A stretch of DNA of 64,000 nucleotides from NCBI GenBank assembly GCA_044239895.1, contig JBIIAM010000001.1, positions 478,401-542,400 on the forward strand. The letters run 5' to 3'. Of the stretch, positions 29,305-39,340 are shown piece after piece. This DNA is from Acidimicrobiales bacterium (lineage in GTDB: Bacteria; Actinomycetota; Acidimicrobiia; Acidimicrobiales; Acidimicrobilacustridaceae). The position numbers and the translations under genes were made by a program. The notes beneath the pieces are model-generated. The model made no database searches. It had not been told where the DNA came from and worked only from the letters and a program-made list of their open reading frames with translations. Numbering within the stretch: position 1 is the stretch's first letter; each line of letters starts with the position of its first letter.

Positions 29305-31610
29305 GTGGATTCCTTGCGATTGGTGGTGCCTGTTGATGTGCTGACGCGTCGTGCTCCCTTGAACCGCCGCAGTCGCAGCGAGTTGGTGACAACGAAGACC
29401 GATGAGAAGCCCATGGTGCCGGCGGCGATCATCGGATTCAGTACGCCGAATGCTGCGAGCGGGATTGCGGCAACGTTGTAGGCAAATGCCCAGAAGAGAT
29501 TGCCCTTGATGGTCGCAAGCGTGCGGCGAGAAAGCGCGATGGCGTCGGCGGCAGCACGAAGATCGCCACTGACGATCGTGAGATCGCTGGCTTCGATCGC
29601 AATGTCGGTGCCAGTTCCGATGGCAATACCGAGATCGGCTTGAGCAAGAGCGGGTGCATCGTTGATGCCATCGCCGATCATGGCGACCGTGTGGCCAGCA
29701 GCCTGAAGCCGCACGACTTCGGCCACCTTGTCGGCCGGCATGACCTCGGCGATCACCCGATCGACTCCGACGATTTGCCCGACACGTTCAGCGGTGAGCC
29801 GGTTGTCGCCGGTGACTAGAACAACGTCGAGACCGAGTTGGTGAAGTTCGGCAACGGCATCGGCACTCGTTGCCTTGATGCGATCGGCAACAACAAGAAC
29901 ACCCTGCGCGCGGAGAGTGCTGGTGTCGGATGCGTCGTCAGCCCATCCGACGATGACAGCGGTGTGCCCCGAACCTTCAGCGGCTTTTGTTGCTGCCTCC
30001 AGATCATCTGTAAGCGTCACGAACAATGAACGACGTCCGACCCCGACATAGAAAGTCGATCCGGAATCGGTGATGACTGTTGCGGTGACTCCCCGGCCCG
30101 GGATGTTTTCAAAATCGGAGACGGCTGCAGCGACAGTCAAAGCTTGTACGGATGACTTGGCACCCGCGACGATTGCGGCGGCGATGGGGTGTTCGGAGCG
30201 TTCTTCGACTGCGGCCGCAAGGCCGAGTGCCGCTCCGATCGTGGCGGTGGGCGAGGCGATGGTGTCGACGAGTTCCATGCGGCCTTCGGTGAGAGTGCCG
30301 GTCTTGTCGAGGATGGCGACGTCTACGCGGCGCGTCTGTTCGAGAACCTCGCCACCTTTGATGATGATCCCGAGCTGTGCGCCGCGCCCGGTACCAACCA
30401 TGATCGCGGTAGGTGTGGCGAGACCGAGAGCGCACGGGCAGGCGATGATCAGTACGGCGACAGCCGCACTGAAGGTGTCCTGGACGGGATGGCCGGTCAC
30501 GGACCAGCCGATGACTGTGGCTACGGCGATGACGAGAACGATGGGAACGAAGACGCCAGCGATGCGGTCGGCAAGGCGCTGGATTGGGGCGCGTGACCCC
30601 TGCGCTTCGTCGACGAGTGCGACGATCTGGGCGAGAGCGGTGTCGGCACCGACTCGCGTTGTCTCGACTATGAGATGACCGTTTGCGTTGATGGTGGCGC
30701 CGGCGACGTCATCTCCGGGGCCGACGTCGACAGGAACCGGTTCACCGGTGAGCATCGACATGTCGATCGCCGAATGTCCGTCGACGACGATGCCGTCAGT
30801 CGGAATCTTCTCGCCTGGCCTGACGACAAAGCGCATGCCGACGGTGAGATCAGCGATGTCGATCTCTCGCCCGTCTTCGAGTCGGGCGGTCTTCGCCCCG
30901 AGTTCGGCAAGTTTGCGCAAGGCATCGCCTGAACGACGACGGGCCCTCGCTTCAAACCACTTGCCGAGAAGAATGAGCGTGACGATCACACCGGCAGTCT
31001 CGAAGTAAACGTGGGCGACGGGTTCAGACGAGTCCATCCCGAGCATCGACCCCATCGAATCGTGTGAGTCGGCGGCATTGAGGAACAGCAGCGCGATGGT
31101 CGACCATGTCCACGCCGCCAATGTTCCCATCGACACGAGCGTGTCCATCGTGGCCGCACCATGTCGAAGATTGACTAGTGCCGCGCGATGAAAACCCCAA
31201 CCGCTGTAGAACACGACGGGAGTAGCGAGAGCGAATGCAACCCATTGCCAGTTGGCAAACATGAACGCAGGAACCATCGAGATGAGCAGCAGAGGGATGG
31301 TGAGCGCGGTGGCGACAACTAATCGGTTGCGAAGTACTCGCTCGCCCGCGGCTTCGGCTTCGGCATGACGATCTTCAACGGGAACGTGATAACCGAGGCT
31401 TTCGATCTTTGCGGCCAGTTGATCCCGATCAGTTCGGTTCGAATCGAAACGAACGGTGGCCCGTCCCGCCGCGAGGTTTACGTCGGCTTGTTCGACGCCA
31501 TCAAGCTTCCCGAGACCCTTCCCGATCCTGACTGCGCAGGCTGCACACGTCATCCCCTCGACGGGAATCTCGATGCGGGTCAGGCTGGGAGTTGCGGCTG
31601 TTGCGCTCAC
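29301..31610 (-). CDS. copA: copper-translocating P1B-type ATPase
   Basis: Has an N-terminal HMA domain (GMTCAACA), a CPC transmembrane motif ([13 protein letters not shown]), DKTGTLT, and the [10 protein letters not shown] hinge. Confidence 0.9.
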   Translation of the reverse strand: MSATAATPSLTRIEIPVEGMTCAACAVRIGKGLGKLDGVEQADVNLAAGRATVRFDSNRTDRDQLAAKIESLGYHVPVEDRHAEAEAAGERVLRNRLVVATALTIPLLLISMVPAFMFANWQWVAFALATPVVFYSGWGFHRAALVNLRHGAATMDTLVSMGTLAAWTWSTIALLFLNAADSHDSMGSMLGMDSSEPVAHVYFETAGVIVTLILLGKWFEARARRRSGDALRKLAELGAKTARLEDGREIDIADLTVGMRFVVRPGEKIPTDGIVVDGHSAIDMSMLTGEPVPVDVGPGDDVAGATINANGHLIVETTRVGADTALAQIVALVDEAQGSRAPIQRLADRIAGVFVPIVLVIAVATVIGWSVTGHPVQDTFSAAVAVLIIACPCALGLATPTAIMVGTGRGAQLGIIIKGGEVLEQTRRVDVAILDKTGTLTEGRMELVDTIASPTATIGAALGLAAAVEERSEHPIAAAIVAGAKSSVQALTVAAAVSDFENIPGRGVTATVITDSGSTFYVGVGRRSLFVTLTDDLEAATKAAEGSGHTAVIVGWADDASDTSTLRAQGVLVVADRIKATSADAVAELHQLGLDVVLVTGDNRLTAERVGQIVGVDRVIAEVMPADKVAEVVRLQAAGHTVAMIGDGINDAPALAQADLGIAIGTGTDIAIEASDLTIVSGDLRAAADAIALSRRTLATIKGNLFWAFAYNVAAIPLAAFGVLNPMIAAGTMGFSSVFVVTNSLRLRRFKGARRVSTSTGTTNRKEST

Positions 31611-31659
31611 ACAGACAACGATACGACCAGATCGGGAGAACGCAATGGGGAATCGCCGA

Positions 31660-32496
31660 TCAAGGTTGTGGTCGAACCATTGCGATGATCACGCGGCCCT
31701 TGTGGGTCTCGGTGAGTGACGCGTCATAGCGGTAGCCCTCAGGATGGGTGAACTTCCCGAGTGCATCGGGTTCATCCGCTCCGGTGGCGAGAACGTGGCG
31801 CACGAGTGCCCCTTTGAGCAGTTTGTTCCAGTGGTTCACCGTCGTGAACGTCCGTGGTGCACCTTTGCGTTGCTTCTGTTCGTCGAGGAACTTCACGCTG
31901 AGGATGGACAATGGCGCTCCCGTTGCTGATCCGGGAGTCGGCGGAGACCAGGCGGCATCGTGTTCCTTCGGGAGAAGGTCCCAGACAACGGTGCCGGCCG
32001 TGAGCCGAGAGATGGCATCGGTGAGTGGTTGTTTCCATCCCGGAGCGAGCTTGCCCACGGGCGAGAGCGACGCTCCCATCTTGAGTTTGTAATCAGGTAT
32101 GAGGTCATCGGGACGGAGAACTCCCCAAAGACCGCTGAAGATGAGGACTTGTTTCGAGAGTCGCTTCCGATCGCGCGCCGAGAGTGATTGCACGTCGAGA
32201 GCGTCATAGAGAACGCCGGTATAGCGATTGATGGCCGGCATCATCGGCCCCTGGTGGACCGCGAGGTTGGCGGCGGTTGCAGCCGCGAGCGCTTTCCCCT
32301 TGACGCCGAGCAATTTCGAACGGCTTGCTTCGTGATGACCCATCGCTGCAATCAGCGAGGACGACACGATGAGTCGATGCGGATCGAGTTCGGGGAACGA
32401 GACCTTCGCCGATTGCCGAAGAGGACCGGTTCCGCCCGGTTGCTTTCCTTCGGAAGGCGGAAGCAGGAGGATGGGTGGCGTGGCCATGGGGGACAT
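31660..32496 (-). CDS. yaaA: peroxide stress protein YaaA (UPF0246)
   Basis: The N-terminus [10 protein letters not shown] and later [15 protein letters not shown] are typical of YaaA. Confidence 0.8.
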   Translation of the reverse strand: MSPMATPPILLLPPSEGKQPGGTGPLRQSAKVSFPELDPHRLIVSSSLIAAMGHHEASRSKLLGVKGKALAAATAANLAVHQGPMMPAINRYTGVLYDALDVQSLSARDRKRLSKQVLIFSGLWGVLRPDDLIPDYKLKMGASLSPVGKLAPGWKQPLTDAISRLTAGTVVWDLLPKEHDAAWSPPTPGSATGAPLSILSVKFLDEQKQRKGAPRTFTTVNHWNKLLKGALVRHVLATGADEPDALGKFTHPEGYRYDASLTETHKGRVIIAMVRPQP

Positions 32497-32840
32497 CCTG
32501 ACCGATCCGGGACATTCGGTGAATACGGAGTGAATTCACTGGTCAGGGCAATCTCGAAGGGGAACTCCCCGGCTCGGCGTGATAGAAAAGAGATCCGGCA
32601 GAGCATGCCGATCCGAGTAGTCGCATCGCCGAGGAGGTGACGCATATGCCAGCCAGCGAACCCCCAAGTACGTACAGGACTCCATACGTCATCTCTTCAC
32701 GTCACCGCTGACCCCCGGGCAAGAACTCGTCGGGTTGGGGTGAATCCCCGTTATTCACCGACGGGATCGACTTTTTAAGGTCGTTGGAGAGATGGCACGA
32801 GTTCGCCCTGTCCATCTTCCTTTAGCGAGTGGAGCTCGTC

Positions 32841-34175
32841 ATGTCTCAAACTCTCCACGCGCCGCGTGCTCTCGCGCAGCGACGAAATCAACGAACAAAG
32901 CGGTTGCTCGCCCTCGAGGCGGTTGCAGAATCACTCATCTCGGTCGCCGGACTTGGTGGCGCGCCCGTGGTCCATTCATCGGGTGCCGAAGTTGGGCGCC
33001 TGGTTGACATCGTCGTGCGCTGGGAGGGCGAGCCCTACCCGCCGTTGACGGGCCTCGTCGTACGCGTCGGCCGCAACCTCTCGTGGGTCCCGGCCAAGAA
33101 GATTGTCGAACTTTCGCAGCGCAAGATTGTGTTGCGTTCAGCGAAGCTCGACCTCCGTGATTTTTCGCGTCGCGACAACGAAGTGAAACTTGTCGACGAC
33201 GTCATCGATCACCAGATGGTCGACGTCGATGGGGTGCGCGTGTTCCGCGCCGCTGATCTCTTCCTCGCTCAGGTAGGTGGCGGTTTCCGACTTGTGGGTG
33301 CCGATGTCGGCTTTTCGACGTTGCTGCGCCGCCTCGGTCCAGCCCGTTGGCGTTCGCGCCCGCATCCCGATCGGGTGATCGACTGGGCTGCGATCCAGCC
33401 GTTCAGCGATCCGGGGGAACCGGTGCGTCTGAGTCGGGCCAACAACGAACTCCGCCGTCTCCGACCTGGTGAGCTTGCCGATCTTCTGGAAGAACTCGGC
33501 CGTTCGCAGCGTCAGGAACTCCTTGCCGCGCTTGACGCGGAGACGGCCGCGGATGCGCTCGAGGAGATGGAGAGCGACGAACTCGCTGTCTTGCTGCGCG
33601 ATGCCGCGCCGGAACAAGCGGCGGCGCTTGTCGCTGAGATGGAACCCGACGAGGCGGCCGAAGCACTGCGAGATCTTGACGACGAAACTCGTGACGAACT
33701 GCTCGCGGCGATGCCGGCCGACATCGCCGGCGTGCTCACTGGTCTTCTCGGCTACGACGAGGAAACCGCGGGCGGGTTCATGACGTCATCGATCATCGCG
33801 TTTTCAGGTGACGTGACGGTTGCTGACGCGCAGCAGAAGCTTCGGTCGCTGTCGGAAAATTCCGACTTTGACGGTGTGTTGGTTGTCGATGCTGATGGTG
33901 TACTCGTCGATGACGTCCATATGTTCGACCTGTTCACGGCCGAACCCGATCAGCGGTTGATCGATCTGACTGGCACACCCTGGCCCGTAACGGTGACCAC
34001 CGATGTGGCGCTCGATGAGGTTGTCGAGGCGTTCGTCGAGAACCGCGGTTCCTCCGTGGTGGTTGTCGATGCCGATGGCCGGCCATTGGGTCGAATCCTC
34101 GCTGACGATGTCGTTGATGCTCTGCTCCCAGATCGCGAGCGCGGACGCCGTCCCTTCTCGGGGCTGCTCTCCTAG
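32841..34175 (+). CDS. soluble MgtE-N-domain / tandem CBS protein with N-terminal PRC-barrel-like region (no transporter membrane domain)
   Basis: An acidic MgtE_N-like helical repeat (ELADLLEEL, AADALEEMESDELAVLL, EAAEALRDLDDE) is followed by two CBS-like modules. I saw no TM helices. I chose the ATG at 32841, 7 nt after GGAG. Confidence 0.65.
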   Translation: MSQTLHAPRALAQRRNQRTKRLLALEAVAESLISVAGLGGAPVVHSSGAEVGRLVDIVVRWEGEPYPPLTGLVVRVGRNLSWVPAKKIVELSQRKIVLRSAKLDLRDFSRRDNEVKLVDDVIDHQMVDVDGVRVFRAADLFLAQVGGGFRLVGADVGFSTLLRRLGPARWRSRPHPDRVIDWAAIQPFSDPGEPVRLSRANNELRRLRPGELADLLEELGRSQRQELLAALDAETAADALEEMESDELAVLLRDAAPEQAAALVAEMEPDEAAEALRDLDDETRDELLAAMPADIAGVLTGLLGYDEETAGGFMTSSIIAFSGDVTVADAQQKLRSLSENSDFDGVLVVDADGVLVDDVHMFDLFTAEPDQRLIDLTGTPWPVTVTTDVALDEVVEAFVENRGSSVVVVDADGRPLGRILADDVVDALLPDRERGRRPFSGLLS

Positions 34176-34186
34176 AGGGTCTCGTC

Positions 34187-35479
34187 ATGTCCGAACTCCA
34201 GTCATCGTCCGAATCGATTTCGAAGGCGCAGCGTTCGTCCGCGCCCAAGCGGCGTCGGCGGTGGAGGATCTGGCTGGCAGTCCTCGGACCAGGACTCATT
34301 GCTGCGAACGCAGGCAACGACGCCGGTGGCATTGCCACCTATGCATCGGCCGGAGCGCAGTTCGGTTATCGCACGCTGTTCGTGATGATGCTCGTCACCA
34401 TCGCACTTGTTGTCGTGCAGGAAATGTCCGCGAGGCTCGGAGCACACACCGGCGAAGGACTGATGTCACTGATCCGTGAACAGTTCCCGCTGAGGGCCTC
34501 GGCATTCGCGATCGTCTGCCTGCTGATCGCGAATCTCGGTCTTGTCGTGTCGGAGTTCGCCGGGATCGGCGCGGCCTTCGAATTGTTTGGCGTGTCTCGA
34601 TACATCTCGATACCGATTGCCGCATTGGTGATCTGGGCCGTCGTCGTGCTCGGCAACTACAGATACGCCGAGCGTGTGTTTCTGATTCTTGGTCTTGCGT
34701 TCATTGCGTATCCGATCGCCGCGATCCTCGCAAAGCCCGATTGGTCCGAAGTGGCCAGCAATACATTCATCCCCCACATGCTGGGAACGAAGGAATTCCT
34801 ATTCCTTGTCGTCGCTCTCATCGGCACAACCATCACGCCGTACATGCAGCTTTATCAAGCGGCTGCGGTGGCCGATCGCGGATCTGGCCCTGATGAATAC
34901 CGGATGGTCAAAATCGACACGATCACCGGAGCGGTGTTCGCCAACCTGATCTCAATGGCGATCATCGTGGCGACAGCCGCCGTCATTGGCGGCACTGGTC
35001 CGCTGAGTTCGGCCAAACAAGCGGCGCAGGCGCTGGAACCGGTAGCCGGCGCAGGTGCCGAGATTCTGTTCGGCATTGGGTTGCTCGGTGCGTCGGCGCT
35101 GGCTGCCGCGGTAGTTCCACTGGCGACGTCCTATGCGGTTGCCGAGGCTGTCGGTGTTGAGCGGTCGGTCTCGCGCACGTTCCGCGAAGCTCCGCTGTTC
35201 ATGGGTCTCTTCACCGCTCTTGTGGTTGTTGGAGCCAGCGTTGCTCTGTTGCCGGGCAACCTCATATCGCTTCTCATCAACATGCAGGTTTTGAATGGCA
35301 TCATCACGCCGATCGTTCTTACATTCATTCTCATTCTCGCCAATCGGCGCGGCGTGCTCGGTGACGCGGTCAACGGGACACGTTTTCGGATCGTCGCCAC
35401 TATCTGCGTCGTCGTCATCGCTGCACTTTCCGCCACGGTGCTGATTCAGACCGTCCTCGGCTGGGTCGGTCTCCTATGA
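34187..35479 (+). CDS. mntH: NRAMP-family divalent metal (Mn2+/Fe2+) transporter
   Basis: Contains the NRAMP signature GPGLIAANAGNDAGGIATYASAGAQFGY and 11-12 TM helices. Confidence 0.85.
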   Translation: MSELQSSSESISKAQRSSAPKRRRRWRIWLAVLGPGLIAANAGNDAGGIATYASAGAQFGYRTLFVMMLVTIALVVVQEMSARLGAHTGEGLMSLIREQFPLRASAFAIVCLLIANLGLVVSEFAGIGAAFELFGVSRYISIPIAALVIWAVVVLGNYRYAERVFLILGLAFIAYPIAAILAKPDWSEVASNTFIPHMLGTKEFLFLVVALIGTTITPYMQLYQAAAVADRGSGPDEYRMVKIDTITGAVFANLISMAIIVATAAVIGGTGPLSSAKQAAQALEPVAGAGAEILFGIGLLGASALAAAVVPLATSYAVAEAVGVERSVSRTFREAPLFMGLFTALVVVGASVALLPGNLISLLINMQVLNGIITPIVLTFILILANRRGVLGDAVNGTRFRIVATICVVVIAALSATVLIQTVLGWVGLL

Positions 35480-35511
35480 CGGGGTTGACGATCCGGAAGG
35501 TGCGTTGATCG

Positions 35512-35895
35512 GTGGATTATCTGCGGATCTGGGCCGATAACGACGGGGAGAGTCATCTCGAGGAGGTCACTCTCGATCGGGTTGTCACCCCTGCAGCTGC
35601 GGGCATTGTCGAACTGTGCGTCTCGGCCGGAATCGCTGTTGATCGCCTGCAGTTCCTCGAGGCCCATGCCATAGACCAGCGTCCCGATTGGCATTGTGCC
35701 CCGCGCCGTCAGTTCGTGGTGTGGCTCGACGGTTCAGTGCGGATCACAACGAGCGACGGGGACTCGCGACTGTTGCCAATAGGAAGCGTGGTGCTGGCCG
35801 AGGACCTCCACGGCAAGGGGCATGTCACCGAACACGAACCTGGAGTTCGTCGAATACTTCAGATCCCGCTTGGTCCACCGGTAGCCGATTCGTAG
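35512..35895 (+). CDS. small cupin-like protein, function unknown
   Basis: 127 aa with a GTG start. The beta-rich pattern (WHCAPRRQFVVWLDGSVRITTSDG...VVLAEDLHGKGH) suggests a cupin barrel. Support is weak. Confidence 0.4.
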   Translation: MDYLRIWADNDGESHLEEVTLDRVVTPAAAGIVELCVSAGIAVDRLQFLEAHAIDQRPDWHCAPRRQFVVWLDGSVRITTSDGDSRLLPIGSVVLAEDLHGKGHVTEHEPGVRRILQIPLGPPVADS

Positions 35896-35932
35896 AAACG
35901 ATGATTAGCTCATCTCGATTGCCAGGAGTTTC

Positions 35933-37489
35933 ATGGACCCCGAAGTTATTCATCGCCGCCGCTGGTTGATCCTCGCGATCCTCGCTGTGAGTGTGTTTCT
36001 CGTAGTCGTGGACAACACGATTGTGAACGTCGCACTTCCGACACTCAGTCGCGACCTCGGTGCGAGCACCACCGAGCTGCAGTGGATTGTTGACGCCTAC
36101 AGCCTCGTGTTCGCCGGGTTACTCCTTGCCGCTGGCGGTTTGGGTGATCGTCTCGGACGCAAGGGCACGATGCAGGTCGGTTTGGTGCTGTTCGCACTTA
36201 CCTCGCTGCTCGGAGCGTTCTCAACAAACTCAGCCCAGCTGATTGCGTCGCGCGCAGCAATGGGAATCGGTGCGGCTCTGATCTTCCCGGCCACGCTTGC
36301 GATTCTCACCAACGTCTTCACCGACCCGACCGAGCGGGCAAAGGCGATCGGCGTGTGGTCTGCAGTTTCGGGAGCAGCCGTCGCCTTCGGGCCGATCACT
36401 GGCGGCTTCCTCCTCTCGCGTTTCTGGTGGGGTTCGGTGTTCCTCGTGAACGTACCGATCGTCGTGATTGCGTTGGTCGGCGGCTGGTTCCTCATACCAA
36501 CATCGCGCGATCCCGATGTTGGACGATTCGACTTCATCGGCATGCTCACATCGATCGGTGCAGTCGGAGTGCTGGTATTCACCGTCATCGAAGGTCCACG
36601 TTGGGGATGGACATCAGCGACAACGTTCGCCGGTTTCGCGGCCGCAATCGTTTTTCTCGCCGTATTCATCTGGTGGGAACTACGGACCGCTCGCCCACTC
36701 ATTGACGTGCGCGTGTTCAGGATCGCCCGATTCAGTGCCGCTGCCGGCGCTATCGCTGTCGTCTTCTTCGCGCTATTCGGTTTCATCTTCATGGTCACGC
36801 AGTACTTCCAGTTCGTGCGCGGTTACTCGACGCTTTCGGCTGGTTTGCACACGCTCCCATTCGCGATCTTCGCCGGAATCACTGCGCCGATCGGGGCGCG
36901 ACTTGCACTGCGTTTCGGACCACGAAGAGTCGTGAGTTCCGGGTTGATGTTGATGGCGATTGGACTGGCTCTTGCGAGCACCTTTTCGGCCGACACCGCA
37001 TACTTCGGTCCCGTAGTCATGTCGATGGCGTTGATGGCCGTCGGGCTTTCGCTGGTCACAGCCCCCGCCACTGAAGCGGTGATGAGTTCACTGCCAAGAG
37101 AGAAGGCAGGTGCGGGCGCGGCGGTGAACGACACAACTCGTGAGATCGGCGGAACTCTCGGAGTGGCTGTCGTCGGCAGTGTGTTCGCCTCGGTGTACAC
37201 CCCCAAGGTCGCGAGTTTCCTGTCGCAATTCCCCATTCCCGAGGAAGGGCTCAACGCCGCCCGGGAATCAATGGGTGGCGCAATGGTCGTGATCGAACGG
37301 GCCCCGGCCGAACTGCAAGAACTGATCCGGGCCGCTGCATCCCAGGCGTTTATGGATGGGATGGGCCTTGGTTGCCTCGTTGCCGGGGGAGTGGCACTGG
37401 CCGGTTCGATAGCGGCCTTCATTGCCTTGCCCGACCGTGTTGAGGACGAGGCTCCCCGCCCTGACGAGTGGGCTGACGCACAAATCTGA
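35933..37489 (+). CDS. DHA2-family MFS efflux transporter (EmrB/QacA-like, 14 TM)
   Basis: RRWLILAILAVSVFLVVVDNTIVNVALPTL..LG.S...LQW and the motif GGLGDRLGRK are present. It is a paralog of 41434-43041. Confidence 0.85.
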   Translation: MDPEVIHRRRWLILAILAVSVFLVVVDNTIVNVALPTLSRDLGASTTELQWIVDAYSLVFAGLLLAAGGLGDRLGRKGTMQVGLVLFALTSLLGAFSTNSAQLIASRAAMGIGAALIFPATLAILTNVFTDPTERAKAIGVWSAVSGAAVAFGPITGGFLLSRFWWGSVFLVNVPIVVIALVGGWFLIPTSRDPDVGRFDFIGMLTSIGAVGVLVFTVIEGPRWGWTSATTFAGFAAAIVFLAVFIWWELRTARPLIDVRVFRIARFSAAAGAIAVVFFALFGFIFMVTQYFQFVRGYSTLSAGLHTLPFAIFAGITAPIGARLALRFGPRRVVSSGLMLMAIGLALASTFSADTAYFGPVVMSMALMAVGLSLVTAPATEAVMSSLPREKAGAGAAVNDTTREIGGTLGVAVVGSVFASVYTPKVASFLSQFPIPEEGLNAARESMGGAMVVIERAPAELQELIRAAASQAFMDGMGLGCLVAGGVALAGSIAAFIALPDRVEDEAPRPDEWADAQI

Positions 37490-37521
37490 CGGTGATTTTC
37501 GGCCCTGTAGCGGGATCCCCC

Positions 37522-37544
37522 TAATTACTGATCTAAGGTAATTA
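37522..37544. promoter_or_regulatory. AT-rich inverted repeat TAATTAC-N9-GTAATTA
   Basis: Seven-bp arms at 37522-37528 and 37538-37544 form an isolated AT-rich island in a GC-rich intergenic region. It lies between the MFS gene and the first SBP gene. A GC hairpin (gcctttc-tacg-gaaaggc) follows at 37565-37582. Confidence 0.35.
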
Positions 37545-37645
37545 ACCGATACATCCAATCCGGTGCCTTTCTACGGAAAGGCGGCAGGGTCCGGATCGAA
37601 ATCCACGGTCACCGCTCGGTGCCATAACCAATAAAAGGGGAACCA

Positions 37646-39067
37646 GTGTCAGCTGGTCAGGAAACCGGGATGGCATCAAGCCACCCGACTCGAGGAATGC
37701 GTCGCGGAAACCGCGCCGTACTTGCCGTGGCCGTTGTGGCCGCGATCAGTCTGTTTGCCGGCGCCTGTGGCGGCGGCCGTTCGGACTCGACAACCGATAC
37801 AACCGCAAAGGGCGGCGCTTCAAGCACCGCCTTCGGTGATCTTGCCTCGCCTTGTGGCGCAGGCACGCCGGCGGGTCCGACCTCGCAGGGCGTCACCGCT
37901 GATTCGGTCACCATTGGTTACGGCGATGACGCCGGTTACGCCGGTGCTCCCGGTCTGAACAAGGAAATCTCTGACTCAATCAAGGCGATGATCGCCTGGT
38001 GTAACGGCCAAGGTGGCATCAACGGTCGCAAGGTCGTTGGCAACTACTACGACGCCGCGATCATGAACGTCAACAACGCGATGACCGAAGCTTGTGGACA
38101 GGTCTTCATGCTGGTTGGCGAAGGCTGGTCGCTCGACTCCGCTCAGGAGCAGACCCGTCTCGGCTGCGGCCTTCCCGCGGTTCCGACCTACACGGTGAGC
38201 CCGGCATTCGCCCACGGCAAGCTGATGTTCCAGCCCATCCCGAACCCGGTCGACAAGACCCCGATTGAGTACGGCTACGCAATGGCCGAGATGTTCCCGA
38301 CGCAGGTCAAGAAGGCTGCCGTCATGACGGCCAACTACGCCGCGACAAAGGACTCGACCGACAAAGCCAAGCTCGCCCTTCCGGCAGCAGGCTGGACCTT
38401 CCTTGACTGTGAACAGCTCTATAGCATCGGTGGCGAAGCCGACTTCAAGCCGTTCGTCCAGCGTCTCAAGGATTGTGGCGCCGAAGTTGTTTACTTCTCC
38501 GGCTCCCCGGCTCCGAACTTCCAGAACGTGCTCGATGCTGCCAAGCAGCTGAACTTCAGCCCGATCTGGATGGTTGATGCCAACTTCTACGACTCGACGT
38601 TCGCCAAGTGGAACACCTCGGGCAACGCCGACAAGGTCTACGTCCGCATGGCGTACACGCCGTTCGAGCAGGCCAGCTCCAACCCGGCCACCCAGCAGTA
38701 CATCGATCTTCTCACCAAGGCCGGTGGCAAGATCGGTGGCCTCGGCGCCCAGGCTGTCTCGGCATTCCTTCTGTGGGCTTCGGCTGCGCAGGAATGTGGC
38801 GACACACTTACCCGCGACTGCGTTGTCTCGAAGCTTTCCGCCATTGATGAGTGGACTGGTGGTGGCCTCCACACCGCCACCGATCCCGGGGCCAACAACC
38901 CACCCGAGTGCGGAATGGTCCTCAAGATGACGGGCACCAAGTTCGAGCAGGTCTACCCGGCCAAGCTGGGCGAGTTCGATTGCTCACCCAAGTACGTCGG
39001 AACCGTCACCGGCCCCTTGGTTGCGGCCGCGAACCTGGATGCGAATCGAATCGCACAACCGAAGTAA
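37646..39067 (+). CDS. ABC-transporter substrate-binding lipoprotein (Leu/Ile/Val-binding, type 1 PBP family), copy 1
   Basis: Has a signal peptide with lipobox (LFAGAC) and a Ser/Thr linker. The periplasmic-binding-protein pattern follows (VTIGYGDDAG, ING RKVVGNYYD). Confidence 0.8.
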   Translation: MSAGQETGMASSHPTRGMRRGNRAVLAVAVVAAISLFAGACGGGRSDSTTDTTAKGGASSTAFGDLASPCGAGTPAGPTSQGVTADSVTIGYGDDAGYAGAPGLNKEISDSIKAMIAWCNGQGGINGRKVVGNYYDAAIMNVNNAMTEACGQVFMLVGEGWSLDSAQEQTRLGCGLPAVPTYTVSPAFAHGKLMFQPIPNPVDKTPIEYGYAMAEMFPTQVKKAAVMTANYAATKDSTDKAKLALPAAGWTFLDCEQLYSIGGEADFKPFVQRLKDCGAEVVYFSGSPAPNFQNVLDAAKQLNFSPIWMVDANFYDSTFAKWNTSGNADKVYVRMAYTPFEQASSNPATQQYIDLLTKAGGKIGGLGAQAVSAFLLWASAAQECGDTLTRDCVVSKLSAIDEWTGGGLHTATDPGANNPPECGMVLKMTGTKFEQVYPAKLGEFDCSPKYVGTVTGPLVAAANLDANRIAQPK

Positions 39068-39340
39068 TCCGCTGGGGCATCCGCCCCGCTTGATGTGAAC
39101 AAATTTAGAGGTAAACGAATGTGGTGGTCACCGGGCTTCGGTCCGATGGCCGCCTCATTCGCGTTCCGACCACTTTCGATTGCACATTGGTCGGAATTGG
39201 GCAAGGATTCGCGTGTATCAGTTTTCGGGGAACGTTCGGGGGAACGCTCCATGAACCGATTCTGATGAGGGGACCAAGTCGAACCCGGACGCACGTGCAT
39301 CGTCGCCGGTTGGCGGCACAAACCAATAAAAGGGGAACCA

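Noticed and set aside
31611-31659. A CsoR-type operator upstream of copA, expected because a CsoR-like palindrome exists at the sqr gene.
   Set aside because: I saw no TACCC-N4-GGGTA-like inverted repeat in the short copA upstream spacer. copA may be co-transcribed with yaaA or controlled elsewhere.
32497-32840. A match of the mgtE-N/mntH leader to the yybP-ykoY (Mn) or M-box (Mg) riboswitch, based on ccGAGTAGtc and gGTGACgCATATG resembling GGGGAGUAG and UUGACAUA.
   Set aside because: The resemblance is limited to two short strings. I could not find the closing P1 pairing or the four-way-junction arrangement. yybP-ykoY normally controls exporters rather than NRAMP importers. I kept it only as a generic 'long structured leader' finding.
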